DNA of 62,914 bases, taken from the IMG/VR virus record IMGVR_UViG_3300021403_000003, positions 113,952-176,865 of that record; one strand, given 5' to 3'. Made by a program: the position numbers and the translations under genes. The DNA comes from a virus (taxonomy: Duplodnaviria; Heunggongvirae; Uroviricota; Caudoviricetes). Under the pieces are notes generated by a model. That model was not told the DNA's origin, searched no databases, and was given only the letters and a program-made list of their open reading frames with translations. This document shows positions 53,216 to 62,344 of this stretch, piece after piece; position 1 is the stretch's first letter; each line of letters opens with the position of its first letter.

Positions 53216-53452
53216 GTGGCAAAGAAATTTCAACGCGTCATAATCAATAAAATGATTGATGGCGTTCTTGTTGTTGCTTTGGAAAATGTTCCCGGAAAAG
53301 CAGCAACTCAGGTCCGTATAATTCCTGGTGCTATTGAACCCCTCGCCAATTCACCAAAGGCTGAAGATTTCTTTGTTCCTGGTCGTTATGAAAAAGATCG
53401 TGTTCGTGCAGATTTTCTTGGTGAACAAGCAATGAAATTTGTTAAGGAATAA
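53216..53452 (+). CDS. hypothetical protein
   Basis: AGGAG RBS, GTG start. Confidence 0.7.
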   Translation: MAKKFQRVIINKMIDGVLVVALENVPGKAATQVRIIPGAIEPLANSPKAEDFFVPGRYEKDRVRADFLGEQAMKFVKE

Positions 53453-53455
53453 ATC

Positions 53456-54334
53456 ATGAAAGCACCAATGCTCGCTGTTGAGGCTCCCAAGGATCTTAAA
53501 TTTCCTGTTCTAGCCAGTGCCAAACTGGATGGGATTCGTGGAATTGTTGAAGATGGTGTTCTGTACTCTCGTTCTGGTAAACCAATCCCAAACCTGTTTG
53601 TTCAGGCATTTTTCAAGGAACATGCAGAGGAATTGGAAGGGTTGGATGGTGAACTCATTGTTGGTCCGCCGAATGCCAAGGACGTCTATCTGAAAACCAA
53701 CAGTGCAGTGATGACCATCAAAGGCGAGCCTGATTTCAATTTTTATGTGTTTGATTGGGTTAATACTCCAACTCTACCATACATCGAACGCATGCGTATG
53801 ATCGAGGAAAAATCATACACTGCTCGTATTGTTGTTCTTCAGCAACTTGAGATCACCAATGATACAGAACTCACTTCTTATGAGGAGAAGTGTTTGCAAC
53901 TTGGTTACGAAGGTCTCATTGTTCGTTCACCTACCGCTCCTTACAAACACGGTCGTTCAACGGCTCGCGAAGGATACTTGTTGAAGGTTCGTCGATTCAG
54001 TGATTCTGAAGCTGAGATCATTGGATTTCAGGAGGAAATGGAGAATACCAATTTGGCGAAAGAGGATGTATTTGGCCACACGGAAAGATCTTCTGCCAAG
54101 TCTGGAATGGTTGGTAAAGATACACTTGGGGCTGTGCGAGTTCGTGACTTGAAGACAGGCGTAGAATTCAGTGTCGGATCAGGTTTTACGGCTGATCAAC
54201 GTAAAGATTTTTGGATTGCTCGTAAGCTCCTCTTTGGTAAGATAATCAAATATCGATACTTTGAGGTTGGTGTGAAAGATGCTCCTCGGTTTCCAACATT
54301 TCATGGTTTCCGTGACAAAATTGACATGTCATGA
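53456..54334 (+). CDS. ATP-dependent DNA ligase
   Basis: SAKLDGIRG (KxDG), LDGEL, GYEGLIVR, LLKVRR, FSVGSGF, PRFP. Confidence 0.93.
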   Translation: MKAPMLAVEAPKDLKFPVLASAKLDGIRGIVEDGVLYSRSGKPIPNLFVQAFFKEHAEELEGLDGELIVGPPNAKDVYLKTNSAVMTIKGEPDFNFYVFDWVNTPTLPYIERMRMIEEKSYTARIVVLQQLEITNDTELTSYEEKCLQLGYEGLIVRSPTAPYKHGRSTAREGYLLKVRRFSDSEAEIIGFQEEMENTNLAKEDVFGHTERSSAKSGMVGKDTLGAVRVRDLKTGVEFSVGSGFTADQRKDFWIARKLLFGKIIKYRYFEVGVKDAPRFPTFHGFRDKIDMS

Positions 54335-54534
54335 GATCATACAATTCAGCATTGTTGGATTTTTGTGAAGAAGCGTTAAAAGCAACGGGTGACACTAGGA
54401 AGGTGCGTTCGGTTACGTTTGGACCGCACCCGTTAGAGGCCAGAATAGAATTTGAGGATAACACAGAAAGAAGTGTTAATGGTCTCATCGTTTCTCAAAT
54501 GAAAACTCTTATTCGAGATTCGGAGGATGTATGA
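54331..54534 (+). CDS. hypothetical protein
   Basis: ATGA overlap with the ligase gene. Confidence 0.55.
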   Translation: MRSYNSALLDFCEEALKATGDTRKVRSVTFGPHPLEARIEFEDNTERSVNGLIVSQMKTLIRDSEDV

Positions 54535-54622
54535 ATAAGTGGGCGCAGCTGTTTTTGTTGGAAGGACTAGCTCTTACATAAATTTCAAGGTATGATGTTG
54601 CAACTTGAAATTGGAGATCATC

Positions 54623-55156
54623 ATGACGAATGTTGCTCGATTGGAAAAGTTTTTCAAGGAGAAAGTTAATGGAGTGAAGATGGCCTCCATTGACACCAAG
54701 ACCCAAGTCCATCTCAAGGGCGGTAAGTCCAATCCCATGCAAGGTAAGGTGTCCAAACTTACCGTTGGTTCCAGTGTCATGCTGTATTCCAATACTGCAA
54801 CCAATGGGTATGAAACGCTCGTGAAGCGTCGCTTGGAACAGGAAGGGAAAGATCCAGAAGAGTTCAAGCTCGGTAATAGACCATGGGGTCAACGAGTTCC
54901 TGGAACTCCGATTATCACCCACAATGGAAAGGTGTACTTGGAAGTGATTTACATCAAACCTGGTTTAGTTACTCATGTTGATGACACTTCCAAGGAACTT
55001 CAAGTTGATCAAATTCCAGGGTATCCAGAAACGGTGATTTCCGAAAGTTCCCAGGGTGGTCTTGATAAGAAAGTCATCATTCGTACCATTTCGATGGATT
55101 CTCTTATCAATATCAGAATTGATGGTCAAGAGTACAAGGTTAATGACCCAGAATGA
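54623..55156 (+). CDS. conserved phage hypothetical protein
   Basis: GGAG RBS before ATG 54623. Confidence 0.7.
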   Translation: MTNVARLEKFFKEKVNGVKMASIDTKTQVHLKGGKSNPMQGKVSKLTVGSSVMLYSNTATNGYETLVKRRLEQEGKDPEEFKLGNRPWGQRVPGTPIITHNGKVYLEVIYIKPGLVTHVDDTSKELQVDQIPGYPETVISESSQGGLDKKVIIRTISMDSLINIRIDGQEYKVNDPE

Positions 55157-55596
55157 TCCTGGGAATTGTAGGATCCGAGGGAGCTAAATTCACTGCTGAG
55201 ACTGAAATCAAAGCACGTGAATTGATCAGGAAGATCTTGGCTCCACTCGGATTGATGGATATTGTTTGTAGTGGAAAATGCCCATTGGGTGGTATTGATA
55301 TTTGGGCTATTGAAGAAGCCAAGAAAATGGGTTTTGAGACTCTGGAGTTCCCACCAAAAGTAAATTCTTGGGCTGAAGGCTACAAACCTCGCAATATACA
55401 GATCGCCAAAGCAAGTGATATGGTTGTTTGTATTTCTGTTCTACAGTATCCCGAATCATACAAAGGAATGAAATTTTCTCGTTGTTATCATCACAATGAT
55501 GAATCAAATGTTGAAATGCATATCAAATCCGGAGGATGTTGGACTACCAAATACACCAGATCATTGAAGAAACCTACACAATTGATTGTAGTATGA
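55153..55596 (+). CDS. SLOG-superfamily (YspA/DUF2493-like) protein
   Basis: ILGIVGS, VCSGKCPLGGIDIWA..A, YKPRNIQIAKASD. Confidence 0.7.
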   Translation: MILGIVGSEGAKFTAETEIKARELIRKILAPLGLMDIVCSGKCPLGGIDIWAIEEAKKMGFETLEFPPKVNSWAEGYKPRNIQIAKASDMVVCISVLQYPESYKGMKFSRCYHHNDESNVEMHIKSGGCWTTKYTRSLKKPTQLIVV

Positions 55597-55748
55597 TTTG
55601 GTATATGAAGTGTTGCAAATGTGATCATCCTTGGTTGGATGTTCCAGGTGCATTGGCTTTCAATTACAAAGGTTGTCCAAATTGTGAATCATTGTATTGG
55701 GTTTGGTATGTTTCTGTTGAGTATTTGAATTCAATTAATGAAAAATGA
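55593..55748 (+). CDS. small zinc-ribbon protein
   Basis: CCKC...CPNC; ATGA overlap. Confidence 0.55.
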   Translation: MIWYMKCCKCDHPWLDVPGALAFNYKGCPNCESLYWVWYVSVEYLNSINEK

Positions 55749-56185
55749 TCACCGACCCAATTCCTCCGGTTAGGACCGCATTTACCATAAAAAAGTTTGA
55801 AAATGGTAATAATTCTGGAAATCCTGCTTGGATACTTCAGAATGGTTCTGAGTTTGTTTATTCCGTTTTGCCTGAAGGAGGAAAGGGTTCAGGTGAGTTT
55901 GTTTATGTTGGTTGGCAAGAAGGTACAAATGCATCATGTGAAGAAATATTAGATCATCTTCAAATTCTCTTATGTGGTACAGATCTAAATGGGGAACAAA
56001 TAATTCGGATATTGCACATCGCGTGTAAAATATTGAAACAATTGAATGTTTTTCCAGATTATCTTTCTGAAGATGATATTCAAAATCAACAGCAAGAACA
56101 AATCAAAAAGAAACAATCTGATTTAAGACCAGGTCAGATTTTTACTATTAAACCGAAATATACATTAAAAATGGGTGAGTCATGA
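55745..56185 (+). CDS. hypothetical protein
   Basis: ATGA overlap with the upstream ORF. Confidence 0.6.
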   Translation: MITDPIPPVRTAFTIKKFENGNNSGNPAWILQNGSEFVYSVLPEGGKGSGEFVYVGWQEGTNASCEEILDHLQILLCGTDLNGEQIIRILHIACKILKQLNVFPDYLSEDDIQNQQQEQIKKKQSDLRPGQIFTIKPKYTLKMGES

Positions 56186-56472
56186 ATACTGATATTGAAA
56201 CACTTGAGGGTGCGGGGACTTCTTCTATAGAATTTCAGCAACGTGTAGATAATCTTCAAACCAAATTGATTGATATTTGTGATGATGAATCTCACGGAGG
56301 TGTTGTCGTTTGTGCATTGGTCAATACATTGTCAATTCAATTGTATCAGATGTGTACAGCCAATGGAGTTGATCCAACGGATTTAGCAGAGCAAATACGT
56401 AAGGATCTTTTGACTAATATTCTGGAGTTGGAAAAAGAGTTCGGAAATGTTCCGGAGGTTTTAGCCAGTTGA
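56182..56472 (+). CDS. hypothetical protein
   Basis: ATGA overlap with the upstream ORF. Confidence 0.6.
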   Translation: MNTDIETLEGAGTSSIEFQQRVDNLQTKLIDICDDESHGGVVVCALVNTLSIQLYQMCTANGVDPTDLAEQIRKDLLTNILELEKEFGNVPEVLAS

Positions 56473-56503
56473 CTAAATAACGCATCTGTTGAGGGAGAAA
56501 TCC

Positions 56504-56827
56504 ATGAATGAAGCCTTGAATGAAGTGCTGTCATTATTGACGCAAGAATGTGCGGAAGTAATTCATGCTATTGCCAAGGCAAATCATTTTGGATTGGAAA
56601 CTGTCCATAAGGGAAAATCCAATATTGAGAACATCCAGCAAGAAATCGCAGATGTTCTCACCCTGATTGTTGCATTGACTTGTCGTCATCCAGAATTTCT
56701 TAATGAGCAGATATTGGAGTTTGGTATTAGGCACAAAGTCGAAAGACTCAACAAATACACAAAATATTTACAAGACTTCAGTGTAGGTGAAATATTGCCA
56801 GCTGAAGATGAGGATTCTGGTTGCTAA
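56504..56827 (+). CDS. MazG-like NTP pyrophosphohydrolase
   Basis: QECAEVIHAIAK...IQQEIADV (ExxE..E..D). Confidence 0.72.
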   Translation: MNEALNEVLSLLTQECAEVIHAIAKANHFGLETVHKGKSNIENIQQEIADVLTLIVALTCRHPEFLNEQILEFGIRHKVERLNKYTKYLQDFSVGEILPAEDEDSGC

Positions 56828-56845
56828 TTGACGAGGAGTTAGATT

Positions 56846-57133
56846 ATGAAATTTAAACCAACATTCAATCGTGTTCAAGTTGAAAAATACGAACTCAAAG
56901 AAGTTCGAACAGGATTGATTCAAGTTTCTGATGAACGCAATCCCTTTGGTGTAGCCAAAATTGTTGCTATTGGTCCAATGGCTTTCAAACGTGAAGAAGG
57001 TAAAGTGACTCACGATGTGAATATTGGTGATCTTGTTGTGTATGAGAAAGGTAAGCTTGCTACAATCAGTTTAGGTGCATATCAGATATATGTTATGAAT
57101 GATGATGCCATTACTGGCAAGTACGAGGGATAA
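56846..57133 (+). CDS. groES: GroES-like co-chaperonin
   Basis: FKPTFNRVQV, TGLI, KIVAIGP, VNIGDLVVY, VMNDDAI.G. Confidence 0.85.
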   Translation: MKFKPTFNRVQVEKYELKEVRTGLIQVSDERNPFGVAKIVAIGPMAFKREEGKVTHDVNIGDLVVYEKGKLATISLGAYQIYVMNDDAITGKYEG

Positions 57134-57316
57134 ATGGCAATCGAAATAATCAATGAAAAACCTTTGCAGCTCACACGTGAGCAATATGAAAGGCTTAATC
57201 AAGAATATCAAAAAGCATTCATGTTCTACTCAGCAACGGTACCTTCATTTGAGACCTGGGCAAGGAACAAAGTTAATGAAGGTCTCATTGAAGGCCAGAA
57301 GTTGCTTACGGAATAA
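57134..57316 (+). CDS. hypothetical protein
   Basis: GAGGG RBS; immediately follows groES. Confidence 0.6.
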   Translation: MAIEIINEKPLQLTREQYERLNQEYQKAFMFYSATVPSFETWARNKVNEGLIEGQKLLTE

Positions 57317-57324
57317 TCATTGAC

Positions 57325-57353
57325 TTTACTCTTCCATAAGAAATCAGTAAACT
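57325..57353 (+). promoter_or_regulatory. early promoter TTTACT-N17-TAAACT
   Basis: Intergenic with exact 17-nt spacing; a CTAAATA motif follows at 57367. Confidence 0.55.
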
Positions 57354-57402
57354 TCGAGAACAGGTCCTAAATATCTGCTTCTAAAGGTGAAATGGTGATT
57401 TT

Positions 57403-58020
57403 GTGAGTAAGGAAGTGAAAATTCTCATCACTGATCCAAATGGCAGCCCACGTGAATGGGTTGACTTTTATGTTGCTTGTTGCTATCATGCAAGAGGCAA
57501 GGTGTTGTGGACAGTGGGTGATCCAGTTAAGACATTTTTGGGTGGCAAAAATGCATATGGTATTCAGTCCAGGGTTGATATTGCCCCAGTAACAGGTGTG
57601 ACTGGTCCATTGGTTGGTCAGAAATGGTTGTCCAAGACCTCAAAGTACGCTGAACGTGATATTTTGTATGCACGTGACAGGTTTCTTTGTGCTTATTGTG
57701 GTACAAAGTATCCTGAACCAAAGTTGACAATTGATCATGTGAAGCCGAAGTCTCGTTACAAGGAATTTGGGCTTCCAAAGAGTGAGTTGAATGTTTGGAC
57801 CAATACCGTGACTGCATGCAGATCATGTAATCATTTGAAGGCGGATAAAACTCCTGAAGAAGCTGGAATGCCATTGTTGTATTTGCCATACAAGCCAACT
57901 TTGGCTGAGAAGTACATTCTTAGCCAAAGGCATATCCTTGCTGATCAAATGGAATTTTTGGAAGCAAGAATTCCGAAGAGTTCAAGGCTTTATGTTGATG
58001 GTAAGATAAAGTTGGATTAA
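57403..58020 (+). CDS. HNH endonuclease (McrA-like)
   Basis: LYARDRFLCAYCG, LTIDHVKPKS, WTNTVTACRSCNHLK.DKTPEEAGM. Confidence 0.9.
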   Translation: MSKEVKILITDPNGSPREWVDFYVACCYHARGKVLWTVGDPVKTFLGGKNAYGIQSRVDIAPVTGVTGPLVGQKWLSKTSKYAERDILYARDRFLCAYCGTKYPEPKLTIDHVKPKSRYKEFGLPKSELNVWTNTVTACRSCNHLKADKTPEEAGMPLLYLPYKPTLAEKYILSQRHILADQMEFLEARIPKSSRLYVDGKIKLD

Positions 58021-58023
58021 ATC

Positions 58024-58212
58024 ATGAACTACATGAATGGCTTTTTCCTGGTCGGATTTGTCATTGGTATTGTATTGTTGATTTGGTTGTTGTTTGAGTT
58101 TGTGCTTTGGATTGGTGCAAGTGAGAAAAGACTCAAAGTGACAGGTTGGATTATCTTGACTGGATTATTTGTTGCATTGTTTTTCATGGGTGCAACCTAC
58201 GGAAGTTTTTGA
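58024..58212 (+). CDS. small membrane protein
   Basis: Two TM helices. Confidence 0.65.
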   Translation: MNYMNGFFLVGFVIGIVLLIWLLFEFVLWIGASEKRLKVTGWIILTGLFVALFFMGATYGSF

Positions 58213-58255
58213 GTCAAGACATTTGTGGGAATGAAACACGTAGGAAATTTTGAAA

Positions 58256-58331
58256 GCTCAACGTGGTTGTAATGGTAACACAACTCTCTCGTAAGGAGTG
58301 GTTCCCGGTTCGATTCCGGGCTTGAGCACCA
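58256..58331 (+). tRNA. tRNA-Thr(CGT)
   Basis: ACTCT-CTCGTAA-GGAGT; TTCGATT; ACCA. Confidence 0.88.
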
Positions 58332-58343
58332 TAGAGGTATATC

Positions 58344-58628
58344 ATGAGTGTGAATGGCATACAGAATTATATGACAGCTGATGATCAAGAGAAGCATTAT
58401 GAACGTTATTTGCAAGCTCAATATCAGCAGGTAGTGGAATTCATTTCTTCCGAACAGAACTATGAGGTATTGAGAAATAAACTCAATGATCTCGACAGAG
58501 TGTTGACAAATTTCTTGGGTGAACTGGTCATATCCAGGCCACAACACAGGAGAGCTGACAGCATTCAGAAGCTGGTTGCCGAACTCAAACGAGATTTGAC
58601 ACCAGACTTGGTGAACATAAAGATTTGA
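58344..58628 (+). CDS. hypothetical protein
   Basis: GAGG RBS; helical/coiled ORF. Confidence 0.6.
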   Translation: MSVNGIQNYMTADDQEKHYERYLQAQYQQVVEFISSEQNYEVLRNKLNDLDRVLTNFLGELVISRPQHRRADSIQKLVAELKRDLTPDLVNIKI

Positions 58629-58862
58629 TCTTGTCGACCTATCGCTGGCGGGCTCGTTTTCCGCTAGAGGAAGTTCGCGACATGCTTCAAGGTCACTGGG
58701 AGACGAAAGTCGTTTGTACCAGTCAGATTATGGCATGCAACTCTAACAGACCGAGGTAAACCTTGTGCCTATGAGGTCGGGTTGAGGCAGTCACACTTGT
58801 GACCAGGTGAAAACCTGAGGCAAATGATAGGATAGAACAGAATCGCGGCTATGGACAAGATC
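58627..58862 (+). ncRNA. rnpB: minimal RNase P RNA
   Basis: P1 GATCTTGTC/GACAAGATC; P2 CCTATCG/TGATAGG; P3 CTGGCGGG/TCCGCTAG; CR-I GAGGAAGTTCGCGA pairing with CR-V AGAACAGAATCGCGGCTA (P4 with bulged U). Confidence 0.85.
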
Positions 58863-58911
58863 GATTTTGGTTGGTGGGCAGACCTTGAATCAATATATTA
58901 TGGGAGGTATC

Positions 58912-59508
58912 ATGGCTAAGCAGAGAAAAAGACGTTTGAAACCTTATGAGGCAATACCATTCACCAACGAACTCAAACAAGTGATCAACCCTGGTGATAG
59001 TATAATTGCAGTTACGCATTGTACTCAACATATTGACGTTAATCTCGGTCGTTACATCGGTTTGCGTCGTCATACTAATCGTTGGAGTAACAAAGATGAA
59101 TATTTGACTGTTGTTGTGGAGTATGATTTGGTCGATGAATATGATGCTCACAATGTAACAGGTGAACGTTGGAATTGGAGGTATGAACCACCTGGTTTGG
59201 TTCGGGTGAGATATCCATATCATCCTGGATATCCTCCTGCGCCACGTTCAACGATTTTTACTTCTCAGGAAGAGAGAAATCGTCTCATGGCAGAATACAG
59301 TGCTAAAAAGGCTGAGATTGATGCCAAATATCAGGCTGCAAAAGATGATTATACAGCCAAGCAAAAAGCTTGGGATGCTGCAGTTGAGGAATACAAAAAA
59401 GCCAATTATACGACTGTTAGAAAGCCTTATGTTAAGGCTAAGACATTGCAAAGAAATAGGATTTATCCTATCAATATGCAATTGAAGGATTTAGCAAAAA
59501 CCACGTGA
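58912..59508 (+). CDS. hypothetical protein
   Basis: GGGAGG RBS before ATG 58912; Ala/Lys coiled C-terminus. Confidence 0.7.
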   Translation: MAKQRKRRLKPYEAIPFTNELKQVINPGDSIIAVTHCTQHIDVNLGRYIGLRRHTNRWSNKDEYLTVVVEYDLVDEYDAHNVTGERWNWRYEPPGLVRVRYPYHPGYPPAPRSTIFTSQEERNRLMAEYSAKKAEIDAKYQAAKDDYTAKQKAWDAAVEEYKKANYTTVRKPYVKAKTLQRNRIYPINMQLKDLAKTT

Positions 59509-59530
59509 AACCTTTCGATAATCAATGGTG

Positions 59531-59555
59531 GGCCAGGAATTTCCTGGCCTTTCTT
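59531..59555 (+). terminator. intrinsic terminator
   Basis: GGCCAGG-AATTT-CCTGGCC followed by TTTCTT, just after an ORF stop. Confidence 0.55.
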
Positions 59556-59714
59556 CAAAGTTTGGCAATTACCCTCGCAATCGTTGATGCAATGATGATT
59601 TACTTGGAATACATAAGTAAGAATCATCATTGATTCTTACATTAATCCCTCCTACTATATAGAACGTTCGGACTGGATAGACCAGTTCTCTTTAAAATTT
59701 GGAGGGATAGACCC

Positions 59715-60764
59715 ATGTGGAAAGATGTAGGCATCGAAGAGCCACGCTCAGAACTCGCAGTAATCATTGGTAGATTTCAACCAGGTCCTCATTATGGTCA
59801 TATGGGATTGTTTGAGGCTGCTGCTAATATTGCACCAAACATTCTCACGTTGATCGGATCATCATTCATCGCACGTAATATCAAGAACCCATTCACTTTT
59901 GATGAACGTGAAGAAATGATTTTGGCTGGAACAAAACATCTCAACAGAAATATCAATTGTGAAGGCATAGGAGACCGTTATAGCAATCAGAATTGGGTTG
60001 CGCAAGTCCAAGTAGCTGTTCAGGATGAAATTGATATGCTTGGGATATCAAGCCCACGGGTAGTTATTGTTGGTCACAAGAAGGATGCAAGCTCATATTA
60101 TTTGGATATGTTTCCTGGATATAGGCTGCATGAAATTGAGAGTCGTGGTGATATATCCAGTACACACTTGAGAAAAAGTTTGTTTGGTTCTCGTGAAATT
60201 GTTGGGATTGATGGTCCAGTCAAAGAATATTTGGAAAAATGGACAAACAAAAATCCTGAAATCTTTGAAAATCTTTGTGGTGAATATAGATTTTTGGAAA
60301 ATTACAAGAAGCAATTTCTTGGATTGAAATATCCACCAATCTTTGTAACAACTGATGCAGTTGTTATTTGTAACGGACATATATTGTTAGTCCGTCGTCG
60401 TTCTCATCCTGGGAAAGGACTTTGGGCTCTTCCTGGAGGATTTCTCAAGGAAAATGAAACAATTCAAGAATCATTGTTCAGAGAACTTGATGAAGAAACC
60501 CACCTAGATTTTCCAAACAGCTTGTTGAAGGCTTCATTGAAAGGAACGCATGTTTTTGATGCACCAGGACGCTCTTTGAGAGGAAGAACAATCACTCATG
60601 CTGGATTGATCCTATTGGAAAATTGCAGATACCTTCCAAAGATTAGAGCAGATGATGATGCAGAAGCAGCAAAATGGTTTCCATTGTCTGACTTTTATCA
60701 AATGTCTCATGTGATGTTCGAGGATCATCACATGATTGGAATGTTTATGGTGAATAGAACCTAA
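59715..60764 (+). CDS. nadM: bifunctional NMN adenylyltransferase / Nudix hydrolase (NadM-Nudix, NatV-like)
   Basis: IGRFQP..HYGH, IGSS..RNIKNPFTFDER, ISST; Nudix box GGFLKENE..ES..RELDEET. Confidence 0.92.
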   Translation: MWKDVGIEEPRSELAVIIGRFQPGPHYGHMGLFEAAANIAPNILTLIGSSFIARNIKNPFTFDEREEMILAGTKHLNRNINCEGIGDRYSNQNWVAQVQVAVQDEIDMLGISSPRVVIVGHKKDASSYYLDMFPGYRLHEIESRGDISSTHLRKSLFGSREIVGIDGPVKEYLEKWTNKNPEIFENLCGEYRFLENYKKQFLGLKYPPIFVTTDAVVICNGHILLVRRRSHPGKGLWALPGGFLKENETIQESLFRELDEETHLDFPNSLLKASLKGTHVFDAPGRSLRGRTITHAGLILLENCRYLPKIRADDDAEAAKWFPLSDFYQMSHVMFEDHHMIGMFMVNRT

Positions 60765-60789
60765 GCGATAGACGCAAAAGGAGAATAAA

Positions 60790-62250
60790 ATGTTAGAAGA
60801 ACTTGAAGTAACAGATGATATTATCACAAGTCCCATTTTCAATGCTGATGGGTACAAACCAAGTCATTATTTTCAATTTCCAAAGGGAATAAAACAACTT
60901 GAGGCTTACATAGAATCACGTGGTGGGAAATATCCAGTCACACCATTTGTTGGTCTTCAGATTGAATTGAAGAAGCATTTTCTGAAACCAATCACTAGAG
61001 AACAAATTGATGCTGCAGAAGCTGTGTTTGCAATCTATGGCGCACCATTCTTCAAGGAAGGCTGGGAATACATCCTTAAGGAATACGATGGTTATCTTCC
61101 AATTGAGATCTGGGCACCAGATGAAGGTCACGTTATTCCCACCAATAATGTTTTGTTGAAAGTCAAGACATTTGATCCGAAATGTTCCTGGCTGGTTTTC
61201 TGGGTTGTTTCTTACATTGAAACAACCCTGTTGCGAGGAACTTGGTTTCCAAATACCGTGGGATCAATTGATCATCACATCAAAAAGATGTTCATCAAGT
61301 TTTTGAAGGAAACTTCAGACACCATGGATGTTTTGCCTTCGATGTTACATGATTTTGGTGCTCGTGGTGCATCAAGTCTTGAGACTGCAGGTATTGCTGG
61401 TTGTATACACTCATTTTTCTTCATGGGAAGTGATACAATCACTGGTGGCTTGTATGCAATGAGATACTATAACATTAGGAAGATCAAAGATTTTCCAATT
61501 CGCACAGTGCCCGCAGCTGAACATAGTTCTATCACGGCTTGGAGAAGGAATCGTGAAACTGATGCATACAGGAATATGCTCAGGAAATTTGGTGGTAAAT
61601 ATCCATTCATTGCAGTAGTCAGTGATAGTTATGATATTTTTCATGCTGTTCGTGATATTTGGGGAACAGAACTCAAGGATGAAGTGATTCAGTGCGGTTC
61701 TATGTTGGTGGTTCGTCCAGATTCTGGCAACCCAGTAGAAGTTGTCATGAAAGTGTTGATGATTCTTGATTCGAAATATGGTCACACTGTCAACAGTAAA
61801 GGATATCGTGTTCTGAAGAACGTTCGTGTGATTCAGGGAGATGGTGTCAATCCAGAATCAATCTTTGATATTCTTACAACGATGAAGGGTTATAACTTCA
61901 GTGCTGAGAATGTTCTTTATGGTATGGGTGGCAAACTTCATCAAGGTCATGATCGAGATACTCAGAAATATGCAATGAAGACTTGTGCTGCTGAGGATGA
62001 AGATGGATGGTATGAAGTCTATAAGGATCCCGTGACTGATCAAGTCAAGAAATCCAAGCGCGGTCGGTTGATGTTATATTACGGTGATGAAGTTGGTTTC
62101 TTTACTGGTTTGGAAGAGGATGAAATCAAATTGTTTGAAGATTCAGGTGCAAAACCGATGCTGAAGTGTAAATTTAGACTTGGCAAACTATTGATTGATC
62201 ATAATTACAAGGAAGTACAGGCAAGGCTTGATTCTTACTTGAATTTGTAA
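60790..62250 (+). CDS. nadV: nicotinamide phosphoribosyltransferase
   Basis: ADGYKPSHY, LHDFGARG, VPAAEHS, VVSDSYD, VVRPDSG, IQGDG, RDTQKYAMK. Confidence 0.93.
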   Translation: MLEELEVTDDIITSPIFNADGYKPSHYFQFPKGIKQLEAYIESRGGKYPVTPFVGLQIELKKHFLKPITREQIDAAEAVFAIYGAPFFKEGWEYILKEYDGYLPIEIWAPDEGHVIPTNNVLLKVKTFDPKCSWLVFWVVSYIETTLLRGTWFPNTVGSIDHHIKKMFIKFLKETSDTMDVLPSMLHDFGARGASSLETAGIAGCIHSFFFMGSDTITGGLYAMRYYNIRKIKDFPIRTVPAAEHSSITAWRRNRETDAYRNMLRKFGGKYPFIAVVSDSYDIFHAVRDIWGTELKDEVIQCGSMLVVRPDSGNPVEVVMKVLMILDSKYGHTVNSKGYRVLKNVRVIQGDGVNPESIFDILTTMKGYNFSAENVLYGMGGKLHQGHDRDTQKYAMKTCAAEDEDGWYEVYKDPVTDQVKKSKRGRLMLYYGDEVGFFTGLEEDEIKLFEDSGAKPMLKCKFRLGKLLIDHNYKEVQARLDSYLNL

Positions 62251-62278
62251 GAATTTGATTCTTTTGGAAATTTAGACC

Positions 62279-62344
62279 TTTACTTGGGCAGTCTCCGGCA
62301 CCATAATTGTTTTCAGGTTCGAAGACAAACAGGAGACTGCCCAA
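62279..62344 (+). promoter_or_regulatory. early promoter TTTACT-N17-CATAAT within a 13-bp inverted repeat covering the RBS
   Basis: -35 at 62279-84, -10 at 62302-07; TTGGGCAGTCTCC 62284-96 / GGAGACTGCCCAA 62332-44. Confidence 0.6.

Noticed and set aside
59505-59633. 42-aa hydrophobic ORF (MKPFDNQWW...)
   Set aside because: GTG start without a convincing RBS, and it overlaps a hairpin plus T-tract better explained as a terminator; not excluded
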